A stretch of 63,903 bases of DNA, counting the filler, from Octopus bimaculoides (Eukaryota), in the NCBI RefSeq assembly GCF_001194135.2. It is 6 parts of 6 records of this genome, joined end to end, with 100 filler letters (N's around TTAATTAATTAA, not from the genome) between each part and the next. Parts side by side here need not be neighbours in the genome. Positions count along the whole stretch, not along the records: positions 36,623 to 57,840 come from NC_068985.1; 5 more parts are not named here. One strand, 5' to 3'. Positions 36,623 to 48,880 of the stretch are shown piece by piece; the stretch's first letter is position 1, and every line of letters starts with the position of its first letter. Both the position numbers and the translations under genes were made by a program. The notes beneath the pieces were generated by a model, which was given only the letters and a program-made list of their open reading frames with translations, was not told the origin of the DNA and made no database searches.

Positions 36623-36825
36623 CGGTAGCACTGCCAGGCGAGGGACCTTTGGAAATTATCCATGGGCCCCGGCCCGAAAGTTCTCCTGAACAGACTGTTT
36701 AGCTGATTATCCTCGACGCCTAGAGTTTCCCCGAGAACGTCGTCGCACTTTTCTCCTACTAACCCTCTATAGAACGCTAGAGTGGAGCTACTACCGATCG
36801 CACTGCCCGCCTGACTGAGGGCGGT
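36623..36825. repeat. Unidentified GC-rich ~199-bp unit, copy 1
   Basis: 36649-36825 equals 62411-62587 except for two T/C changes; the start cggtagca recurs at the unit end. Confidence 0.9.
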
Positions 36826-39185
36826 GAGAGCTTGTAACTCACCAAAGCTGCAAACAGTACTGTTGCATAAAGGATGGGAATGAAGGCCAATGAGAACATA
36901 ATATTGACAGAAAGAAAAGGAAATAAACAACCTAGGAGGAAAAGAAGAATATCAGAAGATATAAGTTACCTAAACGGAGTAGTGTCAATACTTATCTGGA
37001 AGGGAAGAGGAGAACTGAAAAATGTTCGCAAATTTGAAAATTGAAGAAGTATGGTGTTGATACAAAAGATTTGAATTTATAATTATTGAAGAAATGAAGC
37101 AGCGCCTACTTGCCAAGAAAACAAAGCTAACTAGGCTTAAACAACGGATTGAGCAATACTGGCAAAGCCGATTGTTTAAAATCGACCAAAAAAGATTTTA
37201 TTATTAAAAAGAATAATCTCTGGTCCTGATGAAAGTCGACAGTCCGGGGGTAAGATATGGAATAAGCATGAAAAACACAATTCTGGAGCTGAATAGCTTT
37301 GTAGCTTGAAGCAAACAACTGCTTATCCCCAGCAAAGAGCTATCCACTTTACCGAAAATAGTATAAAAACTATAAGCAAAAAGATGAGCAATTGGAAAGC
37401 AGCAGGATTTGATGGTGTACAGGGATTTTGGAAGTTCCGTAGGTATCATAAATTGAATGCAGAGCAATTAAATGCATTGATCGATGAAGATGGAGAAATC
37501 CCGGACGAATAATGTTGTGCATGAAGGATGCATCGAAAGGGAATGCTACTGACAATTACAGGCCAATTTCTTGCCTTCCATTAATGTGGAAGTTACTGTC
37601 AGGAGGAATTGCAGAAGAGCTGCACAAATTTCTTGATGATAAAAACATCTTACCGATGGAAGAAAAGGGTTGCAGCGAGAGATACAGAGGTACCAGAGAC
37701 CAATTATTGATAGACAAAATGGTAATGCAGATTGTAAGCGAAGAAAGACAAATTTGGTTAATAGCCTGGATTGATTCCCACAAAGCTTACGATATGATTC
37801 TGCATTCGTGGATCATTGAGTGCTTAGAATTGTTTGGAATAGCAAGGAATGTAACATGTTTTCTGAAGAGAAATATGGTGGGGTGGAAAACTGAATTAAC
37901 ATTGTTCGGACAAGGCTTTGGTATCCTGGTCATCAGAAGAGGGGATTTCCAAGGAGATAGCTTATCGCCATCGTTTTTTGTTCTTTGTATGATTCCTCTA
38001 ACCGTGATGCTGAGGAAAATGAACCTGGGATATCAGTTAAAAGGAAAATTCCAAAGAATCAACCACCTCCGCTTCGTGGATGATTTGATGCTGCATTGCA
38101 AGGATGAGGCACAAGTGAGTTCTTTGGTGAAGGCGGTCCATTGTTTTGGTGCTGATGTTGACATGAAATTCGAGCTGAAGACGTGTGGTATAATAAACCT
38201 GAAAAGAGGCAAGATACAGTCCCTGGCAGGGATAGAATTACCTAAGAGAGAAGTCATTAAACAAGTTGAAAGGGAAGGTTATAAATACATTGGCATAGTA
38301 GAGTTCAACGAAACCATGGAGAAGGAAATGAAAGAAAAACTGAGAAGGGAATATTTCCGAAGACTAAGATTGGTGTTGCGCTCAAAATTGACCGGATGGA
38401 ATAAAAAATCACTGCTGTGTGGAGCTGGGGTCATAAGTAGGCAAAAGAAAGAACTGACGAGCATGGATGTGGAGACAAGGAAAATATTGACAGTGCACGG
38501 AATATTCCATCCCAAGAGTGACGCTGATAGGTTGTTTACTTGTCCAGAAGAAAGGGTGGGAGAAGTTTGATCAGTTGCCAGGAGTGTGTCGAAACAGATA
38601 CAAATAGCTTAAGTATGTAAAAAAAATGCTGTGAAACCATTGCTGATGCATGTGCAGAAGTCTGGTATCATCAAAATTGATAATTATGTAAAGAAAGAAA
38701 AACTTAGAGAAGAATAACTCGAGAAACGAAATAACATGGACGGAAAAAAATTAATTGCAGTTTGGAAGAGATACGAACGCCAGGATAGATACGGAAGACT
38801 GGTGGTTATGGATGCAGTGGGGAGACCTGAAGATAGAGGTAGAAGCGCAGCACAAGAACAAGCATTAAGGACGAACTAGTTGAAGTGCAGAATTGACAAA
38901 ACAACTGTGAGCGACAAACGTAGAATGTGTTGTGAAAGAGATCAAGCTGTATGGCACAGTGTTAGCGAATACCCGAAACTGGCACAACGCAATTATAAAA
39001 GACGACGTGGCAATGTGGCAAGAATGATCAATTGGAAGCTCTGTGGAAATCACGGCCTACAAAGAGCAAAAATGTGGTATAACCAAATCCCAGAAGGAGT
39101 CACCGAGAATGAAGACTTAAAAATCCTATGGGATGCATTGATTCAGTATGACCATAGGAACCATGACGCTGTTGTGGTGAACAAC
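36826..39185 (+). mobile_element. Decayed R4/Dong-like RLE non-LTR retrotransposon, 3' truncated
   Basis: N-terminal [14 protein letters not shown]...[13 protein letters not shown], an RT domain, a post-RT GGRSLISC motif, a degenerate CCHC knuckle CRMCCERDQAVWHSVSEYPKLAQRNYKRR and the RLE start ILWDALIQYDH. Multiple frameshifts and stops. Confidence 0.92.
37512..38570 (+). pseudogene. Reverse transcriptase domain ORF remnant of the R4/Dong-like LINE
   Basis: NYRPISCLPLMWKLL, GTRDQLLIDK, AWIDSHKAYD, RRGDFQGDSLSP, NHLRFVDDL, GYKYIG. Confidence 0.93.
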
Positions 39186-40938
39186 AACAATAACAAATGT
39201 AACAACAGTAGCACAGGGCGAAAAGCGGCTCCTGTTGCGCGTTGCAAAAATATTTGCCATAGTTCAATTGGACAAAAATAAACTATCAAAACTTAAAACA
39301 AGTATTGAGAAACGAGCGTTAGAAATGCTAAACACACGAAACTAGCGCAGGTGTTAGAGCAAAGAGATATAAAAACACCGTATAAAGATGTCTATTTTCG
39401 AAAAAGCATATACTGTTGCAAATCTCCCCAGCACAATCTGAGCATGAAAAGAGTCCGGAGAGACCAGGATATTATCGTTCGTGCCAACCATTTAATTCAA
39501 TGCTCTTACTGTAGACATGACCTCCTAGACTGACTGATTCTTAGACATTTTATTTCCATTAAGCTGATAATACTGTTAAGTTTTTAATGTTATCAGTTTT
39601 GTAAAATTAAATTAAAATAGAATTATTGATGTGGATGAATTCTGGTAAAAATCATTAAGATTAAAAAATGTGTTAATGAAAATATTGATCATGTATAATT
39701 TAATGATAATATAGTAAAATAAATACTCGAGTTATTACAACAAAAACATCTCACCATTCCGTATAGACGTGAGGAACTTACACTGATACCAATTTTTCCA
39801 GAACAGAGATTGGTCAAGGTAAAAAAATCGAAGAACTACACTTCTGATGGGAAGTAAAATGAGTTGTGTTGAAAAAACCTAACACACTTGAAGTAGAAAT
39901 TTTGGAAAAAATTGGATTGGATTTAGGTGCTATCTGAGACATTGGATACGTTCCACGATCAAATAGAAATCCAATGAAGACAAGAACTGCAGAAGGCAGT
40001 GGAAGGTAAAAGACATGGATTCCATAACTGTGGCAACACCAATCCACTCGAGGCCCTCTACACCAAACGGTAAGAAAAATGACGGCTGAAAGAAGTCTTC
40101 CACTACTGGCAACACCATAACATCTAGAAGGTTATTAATAACTACACAACTGAACCACCAACGGCAACACTAACAATAGAGTACAACCACAGTAAGAGCG
40201 ACTGCAGCGCCAACGGCGTGGATAAAAGCATCACCTACAATATGAATAATAGTAGCAAAACAAGCTGTAATATGAACAATAGTAGCAAAGTAACCAAAAC
40301 AAAAACGTAAGTGGCGTTCTCGTAGTTACAACATCAGTGACAACAATAACACCAGAAAATCCCCAAAATAATCATAAATTGCACAAACAGGACAAAAACT
40401 ACTCAAGGCACGCATCCTCTTGCATTGTACCACTTAGATATGTGTGATGAAAGTGACGAGGTAGACTCTAAATGGCAGAAGTATCCAATAGAAAGGAAAG
40501 AAAAATGAAAACCATTTTGTCAATAAATGAAGCTGGGATGTCCGAAAGAATGGAAGAGATACATTTGTGCAACGATATACAAGTATTACTTCAAAAAACA
40601 ACAACAATACCAATATTATCAACGGCATCATCATCATCACCAACAACACCACAGATACCTCTAGCACTTCAAATACAAATACAATATAATTCACACCAAC
40701 ACCAACAGTTACAAGACGAATACGCGATTGTGTACACAAGCAACAAAGAAATTAGTGAATCACATAAAACAACACAAAAAACACACGATGACTACATCAC
40801 TGCAGCGAACAGTATGATGAGACTCGGAAAACCAGAAAACCAGATATCCCGATGGAATGAGAGATTTCCGAAAAAATATTAACAAAAGACTCTAGAAGAC
40901 ACTCACAACTAGCCAGCCGGAGGGGAAATTTGTACAAC

Positions 40939-41061
40939 ATGGCCTTACTCAGAATGGGTAGTGTGAATGCATGTGGCCTGAGGTCGCCATAGAAGCATGA
41001 CAATCTGCTTAACAACTACTGGTCAATGGATATAGATGTGGTGGCTGTCAGTGTTACTGGA
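40939..41061 (+). mobile_element. L1/Tx1-like ORF2 N-terminal (APE endonuclease) fragment
   Basis: MALLRMGSVNACGLRSP*KHDNLLNNYWSMDIDVVAVS resembles the APE start (LRIxSxNVxGL...K...DIxxxQE); one in-frame stop. Confidence 0.6.
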
Positions 41062-41200
41062 CATCTTATTCCAGATCCTTGCAGTTTTTTTTTTATATAA
41101 AATCTGTTCTTTCTGTTGTTTACAATGGAAATTATAGAGGTGCGGCAGCNNNNNNNNNNATCTGTTCTTTCTGTTGTTTACAATGGAAATTATAGAGGTG

Positions 41201-41268
41201 CGGCAGCGGTAGCAGTACGGTGGCAGCGGTAGCAGTACGGTGGCAGCGGTAGCAGTACGGTGGCAGTG
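41201..41268. repeat. 20-bp minisatellite x3 (tggcagcggtagcagtacgg)
   Basis: Directly visible period-20 repeat. Confidence 0.95.
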
Positions 41269-42929
41269 GCGGTGGCTGTGGTGGTTTTAGTAGCTGTTGT
41301 AGCGTTACTAGTGGGGTGACTGATGGTGACGGTGGCGGTAGTGGCGTTGTAGAATTATTGATGATGGCTGGAAATGCTGAAATAATATTGATGGTAATGT
41401 TGGAAGTGTTAGCAATGTTGTAATTTTTTAATATGACACTTAGAAGTGAAAAGGAAGAGCCCTTGATCATTTGCGATATTTCTGTGAATGGTGACGGGAA
41501 AAAAGAGCTACTTATGCTCAGACGAAAAGGCTTCCAATAGCGGATTTTGGTGATTTTATTTTTGTTCTACCGTTTAGATCTAACATCACCTTGGTCCACA
41601 AAACTATAGGCCATCGGTTAAACCAACCTGCATGAGCTGCAGATATTCAAATATTTCAATAATATACAGACCAATATACAGACCAATATACAGACCAACA
41701 TTGCATGGAGTCAAGTTTGGCATTCCAAGCATGTTCTGTTGTTTTATTTTTACATGGTCTTGTCTATTTTCAAAGCACGTAGCGGTAACAGCTACCACGA
41801 TCAAGGTGGACTTGCTCAAAGTATGACATCTATTGTTATTCTTCACCTATTCATGGTATGTGCATCGCGCCACAATTTTTGTTGAGAGAGTTTATGAAAC
41901 AACGGCTGCTATTGTACATTTTATTCAGTTTCAAGTATGTATCTGAACTGAGAGGGGGAGATAAAGCTTTGTAGAATGACGTTGTAGCAGTGGTCTCTGC
42001 AATTGTGGCACACGTAGCGTCCGGAATGCTGCGGTTCCTAGTGACTTCTGTCGCAACGTATTCTACTCCATAAATTCATAAAAGTGTTGTACTCAATATA
42101 AACCCAGGTAATTTTCGTTGCATTGTCTGGATCACTATGTGCAGCTTGTTTGCACCTGTGAGGATGCGATCTGCCTTATATTGTGTTCTCTCCTCATGAA
42201 AAAACGCTTAGTTCTCTGTTCAATATTGCTACTCATATTGATAACGAATTAAATACTAACATACATATGCAATATCCTGGTGTAAAACATTGTTCTTAAG
42301 GCTGTGAATCTTGTCTGTCTTTGCAAATAGGGAAAATTACTAGAACATTATAAATAAAAAACTGAATTATTTTAACTACTTTAGCTTCTAAGCTCACACT
42401 TTATCTCCCATAAAACATCTTACAAACAGTTATAGACTGTTTTGTTTTCCTGAAGAAATCCATTGATAAATTAAAGAAAACATAACTAGCAAAATTCTGA
42501 CAATCAAATGACAAAACCAATAAAAGAGAACTTAATTTTATTTTTAGACCAGACAAGAATAGAAATAGAATTATCATTAAAACAAATAAACGATAAAATG
42601 AGAAATTTTTTCTCACTCAATTTCCTCATCACTTATGAATTTCCAATGATTACTCCTTAAATTTTTTAGAGGTAACATGATGGATGACAAGCAATAAAAA
42701 TAATGAGTGCTAGGTGAAAAGTGCCTAAACTTGATAGCAGAATACTGGGGCAAGTAGTAGCATCATCCTGGACGATATTTAAAAAAGTATTCTAATAATT
42801 TGAAGAAATGTTGTGGAGGCGAAAGTCTTGAAAGCTTAATATCCCATTTCTCAAGGTGATACCCTTGACTTTTAGATAAACAATTTTTAATGGTTTGGTC
42901 AAGAGAAAGTAGTTGCACCTAGACCATTC

Positions 42930-43250
42930 CCGGCACATTGACATCGGTGAGGTCAGAACGGTTAATGTTTCTCTTAAACAATTGCAAGTTGATGGCTGCA
43001 GCAAAAAAATACATGAGCTGGGGAGGGAGGGAGTTCGTTATGACATTCTGGAAGGAAAGGACTGGGTGAAATGGTAGCGTAGGGTCTGGGTTGGAAATAA
43101 TATGGAGGAAGCTGCCGTGGCTATGGAACGAAATCAGTGAGCAGCTCCGAGAGGTAGAGATCACTATATTAGAGGAAGCAAAGGCAGAGAAAGAAGAGAC
43201 AATAAGTCTATGAGCCAGAGGTTGGTGTGTGTTAGTTAGCGACTTCATGT
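42930..43250 (-). mobile_element. L2/CR1-group LINE ORF2 C-terminal fragment
   Basis: ...SFQNVITNSLPPQLMYFFAAAINLQLFKRNINRSDL resembles the WNSLP...NLQxFK C-terminus. Confidence 0.5.
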
Positions 43251-43779
43251 CAATCAGCCGAATTTTTTTTTTTGTTTTTAGTTTTTTTTATTCTGTCTCT
43301 ATTGCTTTGTTTGCTGAAGAATATTTAAAATTGATTTGCTATCAGAGCGAAAAGATTAGATAATTATAGGTTTCAGGCTGTAAACGTGATAAATGTCTCT
43401 AAGATTGAAGTTACTGAAGCACCAGTACTGCTCTTTTTACTGGACAATATCCAATTGTTTCTTCTACTGTATGGTCAGTCGATTGTTGTTTTTGTTTAAC
43501 CCTGAGTCAGCCTAACAGATCAGGTCTATATGATCAAAGCTGATCCAAGCATAACCGTTCCGAATTATTTTTCAGCTATAGTATACATGGGGCTATTTTA
43601 TCCAGCGTATCTATCTTGAAAAGTGGCAGGGAGTGATTTGTGTAAGATTTGCTTGTTATTTCTAGGAAGTCTAGTAATTATGTAGAAAATTACCAAAAGT
43701 AGTGAGATGCAAATTTACCAGGGAGCAGAGTGCTTAAGTTCGTTTCTGGGTTAAATGACCCCTTAATTCATACACCAAC

Positions 43780-43975
43780 TAAGGCGCTGAGCTGTCAGAA
43801 TCGTTAGCATGCCGGAAAAAATGCTTAGCAGCATTTCGTTCGTCTTCCACCTAGGTCGACTTTGTCTTTTATCCTTTCGAGGTCAATAAAATAAATACAA
43901 GTTAAGTAGTAGGATCGATGTAATCGGCTTGCCCCCTCCTCCGAACTTGCTGGCCTTGTGCCAAAACCTGAAATC
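43780..43975 (+). mobile_element. SINE family A
   Basis: taaggcgctgagctgtcagaatcgttagc...gtcgactttgtcttttatcctttcgaggtcaataaa. Confidence 0.9.
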
Positions 43976-45488
43976 AATTCATACAGCAACTGAAGGCATT
44001 TCGGTGAAACATCCTCGCGCAACAACATTAATGAGAGATTCGAATGGCATCTTATGTATTACTGGAATTATATGGTGTTCTTAAAGAAATAGAATAAAGG
44101 AAAGCTTGTCAAAGATGTTAAAATAATTTCTAATGTTTGACAGATCACCGCAAACTAGAAAACAGTACAATTCTTCGAAGTACTAAGACTAACCTAAAAT
44201 GTCATAATATAGATTATAGTACGACAGGATTTTGATTTTGCTGAGGATAATGAATAGTTTATAAAGTATGGTCTGATTTTATTCTACGCTAGAAAGTGTG
44301 AACGATGAGGATATTGTTTCCTGAAACCATTTCCTGTTCTAAGATGAGGAGACATAAACAAACCGAACTTATTACGTAGTAGATACAATACAACGAGGCT
44401 AGCCATTGTGTGGTTCGGGATTAGCACCAAGTTCTGAATTCAGAATCACTGAGATTACTCTTACCTTTCATGCTTAGTTTTACTTTTTATATCTACATTG
44501 AAGTTGTCTTTATTTTTTACACGTACAAGTAAACAAATTTACGTGTTCCCTCGTCATGTTAGAAATAACAGCTAAGACTCTTCTCAAATAACAAGTAACA
44601 TTATATTAAGGAAAGACTAATTGAATAATGAAACGTTATGCATAATGTTTGAAAATAAGAAAGATTTGGCGATGGCTGGATCAAATTTGACTTACAAAAC
44701 TATCACTAGTGATACAAAATAGGAAGTGGTTAAGGTCATCTTTACATCCGTGACCAGGTTAATTGATTTCAATTAGTGGGAAATTACTATTACTGATGTT
44801 ATTTTGGATTACTTCCAGGATAGCCTTAAATCAAGAGACATACGATCGAGCAAATGTCTCATAAGCTTTTTTTTTTTTTTTGCAGGTGGCATATATCTAG
44901 TTCATTTTAATTTTTATGACAATAGTGGGACATTTTAGCGAGATTTTGCTGCTACTTTTATGGAGAAGCTCCTTCTTCCATATGCGAAGTTTGGAAGTGT
45001 GACGTTCATATATTTAACACACGGTAAATCAGCTTTGGCAAGGAGCCAAATATAAATTTCAGATTCAGTTGCATGAAGTGCTGCAACAGCTACTAATGTT
45101 GTAGTTGTTGTTGCTTTGATTAAGCAATCCGATGATCAAAAAGAGTTACATCTCAATTTCTGCACACTATCTCTAGAATCTTTTAATCTAATATATTCTT
45201 CTGTATTTAACCCAGAATAGCGTGATTTGCGGGAGGCCTCTATACCGTTTCTCTCAGATCAAGCAGCATCTTAGGACACTAGTTTCCAAACATTTCACTA
45301 CCAAAGTTCTTTTTGTTTATAGGAATCTTCCTAAAGATGACGTCTTTTAAAAAACATGCTCACACAATTAGCCGATTTTATTATCTCGTTTCCTCAGGTT
45401 AATCTCTTGTTTGGAAGATACGTGTAACTGCATAATTAGATGTAACTGAGCTACAGTGTAAAATGTATATATAAATATATATTCACAC

Positions 45489-45635
45489 TGCAGCTTTTTA
45501 AAGCTTGGAACAAAATTTAGTGATCTCAGTACTACATTTGTGTCTTCGTCAGTTGAGAACTGCTGGCGTAGATGCTCCCTCCGTGGTTCAAAATCAATCA
45601 GAGGATAGTTGGTGAGTATGGTAGTCATACTTCCT
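45489..45635 (-). CDS. Candidate host coding exon, product unrecognised
   Basis: Acceptor ctgtttctcttactctgctaattgcctttgtag with a CTAAT branch-like site; open frame GSMTTILTNYPLIDFEPRREHLRQQFSTDEDTNVVLRSLNFVPSFKKL; GT at 45488 gives a 147-nt phase 2-2 exon (alternative donor GTGAAT 2 nt further). Confidence 0.4.
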
Positions 45636-46845
45636 CTACAAAGGCAATTAGCAGAGTAAGAGAAACAGCTTTGACCAGTAACTTGACCTAGGCTGCAGAC
45701 ACAGTTCTATGTGTTTAACGTAGACTAACAGTAATGCTATAAATCGTTATTTTAGTGGCTGTTGCTGTGCTGCAGTTATAACTTCTTGGAGAATCAATTC
45801 TGTGATATACATCAGCAGTGTGCATCAAAATAAATTCGGGAAAAATGAAAATAAACAACAGAAGAATGAAACAAAAGTCTAATCCAGTTTATTTGTTAAA
45901 CAATATTCTTGTACTGAATTATAGTTTTATGTATTTTTAATGCACCATTTTCACCAGGACACTATAATATTAAAACTACTACTGTAACAGTATATGTAAT
46001 TTTTGAAATTATATCTTCTAAACCTCACCAGCAAGTTGACCTGCGGTGATGATATTATTGATATATAGTGCAACTAATGTCCATATCAATAATCACTACT
46101 GGCTATACTAATGCTCAAGTAAGTCAATTAGTATCATTGCTAAATTATATGCTCTCCAGCGCTGGAAGTGTATACAGTGTTATTGTAAGGAGAAAACATT
46201 CACCAATAACTAATTTTACAGATAATATATCATTTTGTCACACAGACGTTTCAGATAATGTGTTTCATCTCAGAGATACTGCAGGACTCATAACATAATT
46301 TTTTTTTTTTTTTATAACAGAGCAAACAAACACTAATTTGTTTTTGGTTTTGATTCTTTTACTGTTTCCTTTTTGATTTTATTAGATATATCCGTGACAG
46401 AATAATATTGAACTAATTGCATTACAGTGCATTGAAACATAGATCAGTTTCACCTTACACATTTCCACCACGTAAATATATAGTTTTCACTGTTTATATG
46501 GGTTTTTACACATTACAATCTCTGGTATGTATGCATGCATGTATGCATGTATGTATGTATGTGTGTGTTTGTTCGTGTGTATGTGTGTATACACACTGAT
46601 ATATACATATCCACACGTTACATGCATACATACAGACAGGCAGATAGACTGAAAGACAGACATATCTATATACATACATGCATACATGTGAACATGCGTG
46701 CATAATAATGACCATACACTGTTTCTTTCTGTGTTCACCGATCATATCTAGTCTCCTTGCTTCAATAGCACGATGAGTAGATCAAATAGTATCATCATCA
46801 TCGTCATCATCATTACTACTACTACTACTACTTTTATTATTATTA

Positions 46846-47060
46846 GGAAAGCGGCGAGCTGTCAGATTCGTTCGCACGCCGTACAAAAGGCTTAGCGGCA
46901 TTTCGTCCGACTTCACATTCTGATTTCAAATGCCCCCCCCCAGTTCGACTTTGCCTTTCATCCTTTCGGAGTCGATAAAATAAGTACCAACAAAGGGGTC
47001 GATATAATCGACTCATCCTCTCCCCTATAATTGCTGCTCTTTTGGCAAAATTTGAAACCA

Positions 47061-47063
<3 letters not shown>
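46846..47063 (+). mobile_element. SINE family A with (ATT)n tail
   Basis: aaagcggcgagctgtcagattcgttcgc...gactttgcctttcatcctttcggagtcgataaaataagtacca. Confidence 0.92.
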
Positions 47064-47108
<45 letters not shown>

Positions 47109-47110
<2 letters not shown>

Positions 47111-48130
47111 CATTTGCAACATCTTTATGGCGTGCTTCCACTACATTACCAAGCCCTCCTCTGTGTGCCTCGATTATTTGTGCCTTGGTGTATGTCTCAA
47201 TTTTGCTTTAGTTTTCTTATTGTTACTGTACTGCATACTTATAAAGTCCTTGAGCTTGGGTTATGTATTAATCTGCATGTTTTTGATCATTCCCAAAGCC
47301 CCTATTATTATAGAAACTGATTCACTTTACAGACTCTCACATTTTGGTAATCTCTGTTTCCAGATATATATATTTAGATTATTTGTCCATCTCTTTCAGA
47401 GATACATTATCATGGGTCAGGACTGATATGTCGATACGGAGGTATTTCTTTTTTATTGGTCCGTAAGAACACATATCTGGTCGGTTATCATTAATCTACA
47501 TGTCTGTATATATATTGGCATATCCCAGAGTATGAGGGGTGTGCTATTCTCGAAGAACCTTTTAGTTTACACCCATAACATCTCTTTTCTCTTGGTATTT
47601 TATAGTGCTGACATAACTTGCTGTGTATATCAGCCACAACACTGTAATATCTGTTGGAGGATTCTTTTTTGATTGAGACTGGGCAGCCGGATATAATCTG
47701 GTTGATTTTTTTTTTTTTTTTTTTTCCCCATTTCCACATATTCTGCTATTACTGAATTCTGCTTCATTATATGTGTTTGGTGATTCCTTGGTTGGGAAAA
47801 AAACCATCAGTTTCTATCTTGAGTCTTGTGCTTCTCAACCAGTTTTTTGTTTGCTTTTTTTTTTTTTCTACTTCTATAACGTTCAGTTTTCTCAATACTG
47901 GCGATGTAGCGACTTTTCTTACCTTCGTTTTATCATAGCATTTTGAGCTCTCAACTATAGTTCAGATTTTAGCTGTTTCACTATTTCTATTGCTCGTTCT
48001 CAATTTTATTCATAGCTGTCTGTCATTGCAGTCTCTGTTTCGTATGTATATTGGTTTCATTGAAGACAAAATATAAGTCTTTTTTTTTTTTTCATATTGA
48101 TATTTGTATCAATTTTCCATAGTCATGCAG
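47109..48130 (-). mobile_element. R4/Dong-like RLE LINE 3' fragment with (TAA)n tail
   Basis: Minus-strand translation gives WLRSTRLKIETDGF, RICGNG, INQIISGCP...IHSKLCQHYKI and DNVSLKEMDK*SKY; the 3' UTR runs into (TAA)n at 47064-47108. Confidence 0.88.
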
Positions 48131-48464
48131 TTCATATTTCACAGTAGTTTTCTAGGTGCATAAGACCCCTACCACCTTGCATTTATGATACAAATAATCT
48201 GTGTATAAGAGAATTTGGGTTGTGCACTCTAAATACATTCATTATTTCCCTTGTTATCCTGTCTAGTCTGGCCAGTTAGTATAGTGTCCTCTTGAGACTA
48301 TGAAAACTGTAAATTATTACCGGAGGAGGTAGAGTATTTATAACTACTACCTTACTTTTGCACGTAGCTTTGTTTTAAGTATTAATCTAATGTGTCGACA
48401 ATATTTCTTCTGGATCATTTTCCCCTTTTGTGTGTTGTACAGTGTTTTAATTCACTTCTTCTCC

Positions 48465-48706
48465 TCCTTCTTCTTCTTCCCTTCTTCCCCTTCTTCTTCT
48501 TCTTTTTCTTCCCCTTCTTCTTCTTCCCATTCTTCTTCTTCTTCCCCTTCTTCTTTTTCTTCTTCTTCTTCTTCTTCTTCTTCTTCTTCTTCTTCTTCTT
48601 CTTCTTCTTCTTCTTCTTCTTCTTCTTCTTCTTCTTCTTCTTCTTCTTCTTCTTCTTCTTCTTCTTCTTCTTCTTCTTCTTCTTCTTCTTCTTCTTCTTC
48701 TTCTTC
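48465..48706. repeat. (TTC)n microsatellite
   Basis: Directly visible. Confidence 0.97.
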
Positions 48707-48714
48707 ACTTCCTC

Positions 48715-48880
48715 CTCACTGATAGAATGGTTAGCATGCCGAACAGTATGTTTAGTGGCATTCACCTGTCTTTGTGCTCTGAGTTCAAATTTCACCAAGG
48801 TCAACTTAGCGTTTACTCCTTTCGTGGTCAATAAAATAAGTATCTGTTGAGCATTGGGGGTCAGTACAATCGGCTAGTTC
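48715..48880 (+). mobile_element. SINE family A, degenerate
   Basis: ctgatagaatggttagcatgcc...ctgagttcaaatttcaccaaggtcaacttagcgtttactcctttcgtggtcaataaa. Confidence 0.85.

Noticed and set aside
36623-36825. Complete hammerhead in the circularised 199-bp unit (CUGACUGA-GGGC...GCCC-GAAA-GUUCUC...GAGAAC-GUC)
   Set aside because: The core has an extra nucleotide, the C that should pair with G of GUC is missing, and no stem I can be formed. HDV-like and twister-like matches on the other strand (ggtccctcgcctgg) also fail pairing.
39810-40085. Exon MDSITVATPIHSRPSTPNG with a GTAAGA donor, or a further R4 3' remnant (QELQKAV)
   Set aside because: No pyrimidine tract for the exon reading, and only a 7-residue match for the LINE reading.
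41101-41210. ~48-bp direct repeat across a 10-N gap
   Set aside because: Same overlap artefact.
46026-46037. 12-nt minus-strand microexon (cag|GTCAACTTGCTG|gtgagg)
   Set aside because: Weak pyrimidine tract, and no phase gives a long frame when joined to the 45635 acceptor.
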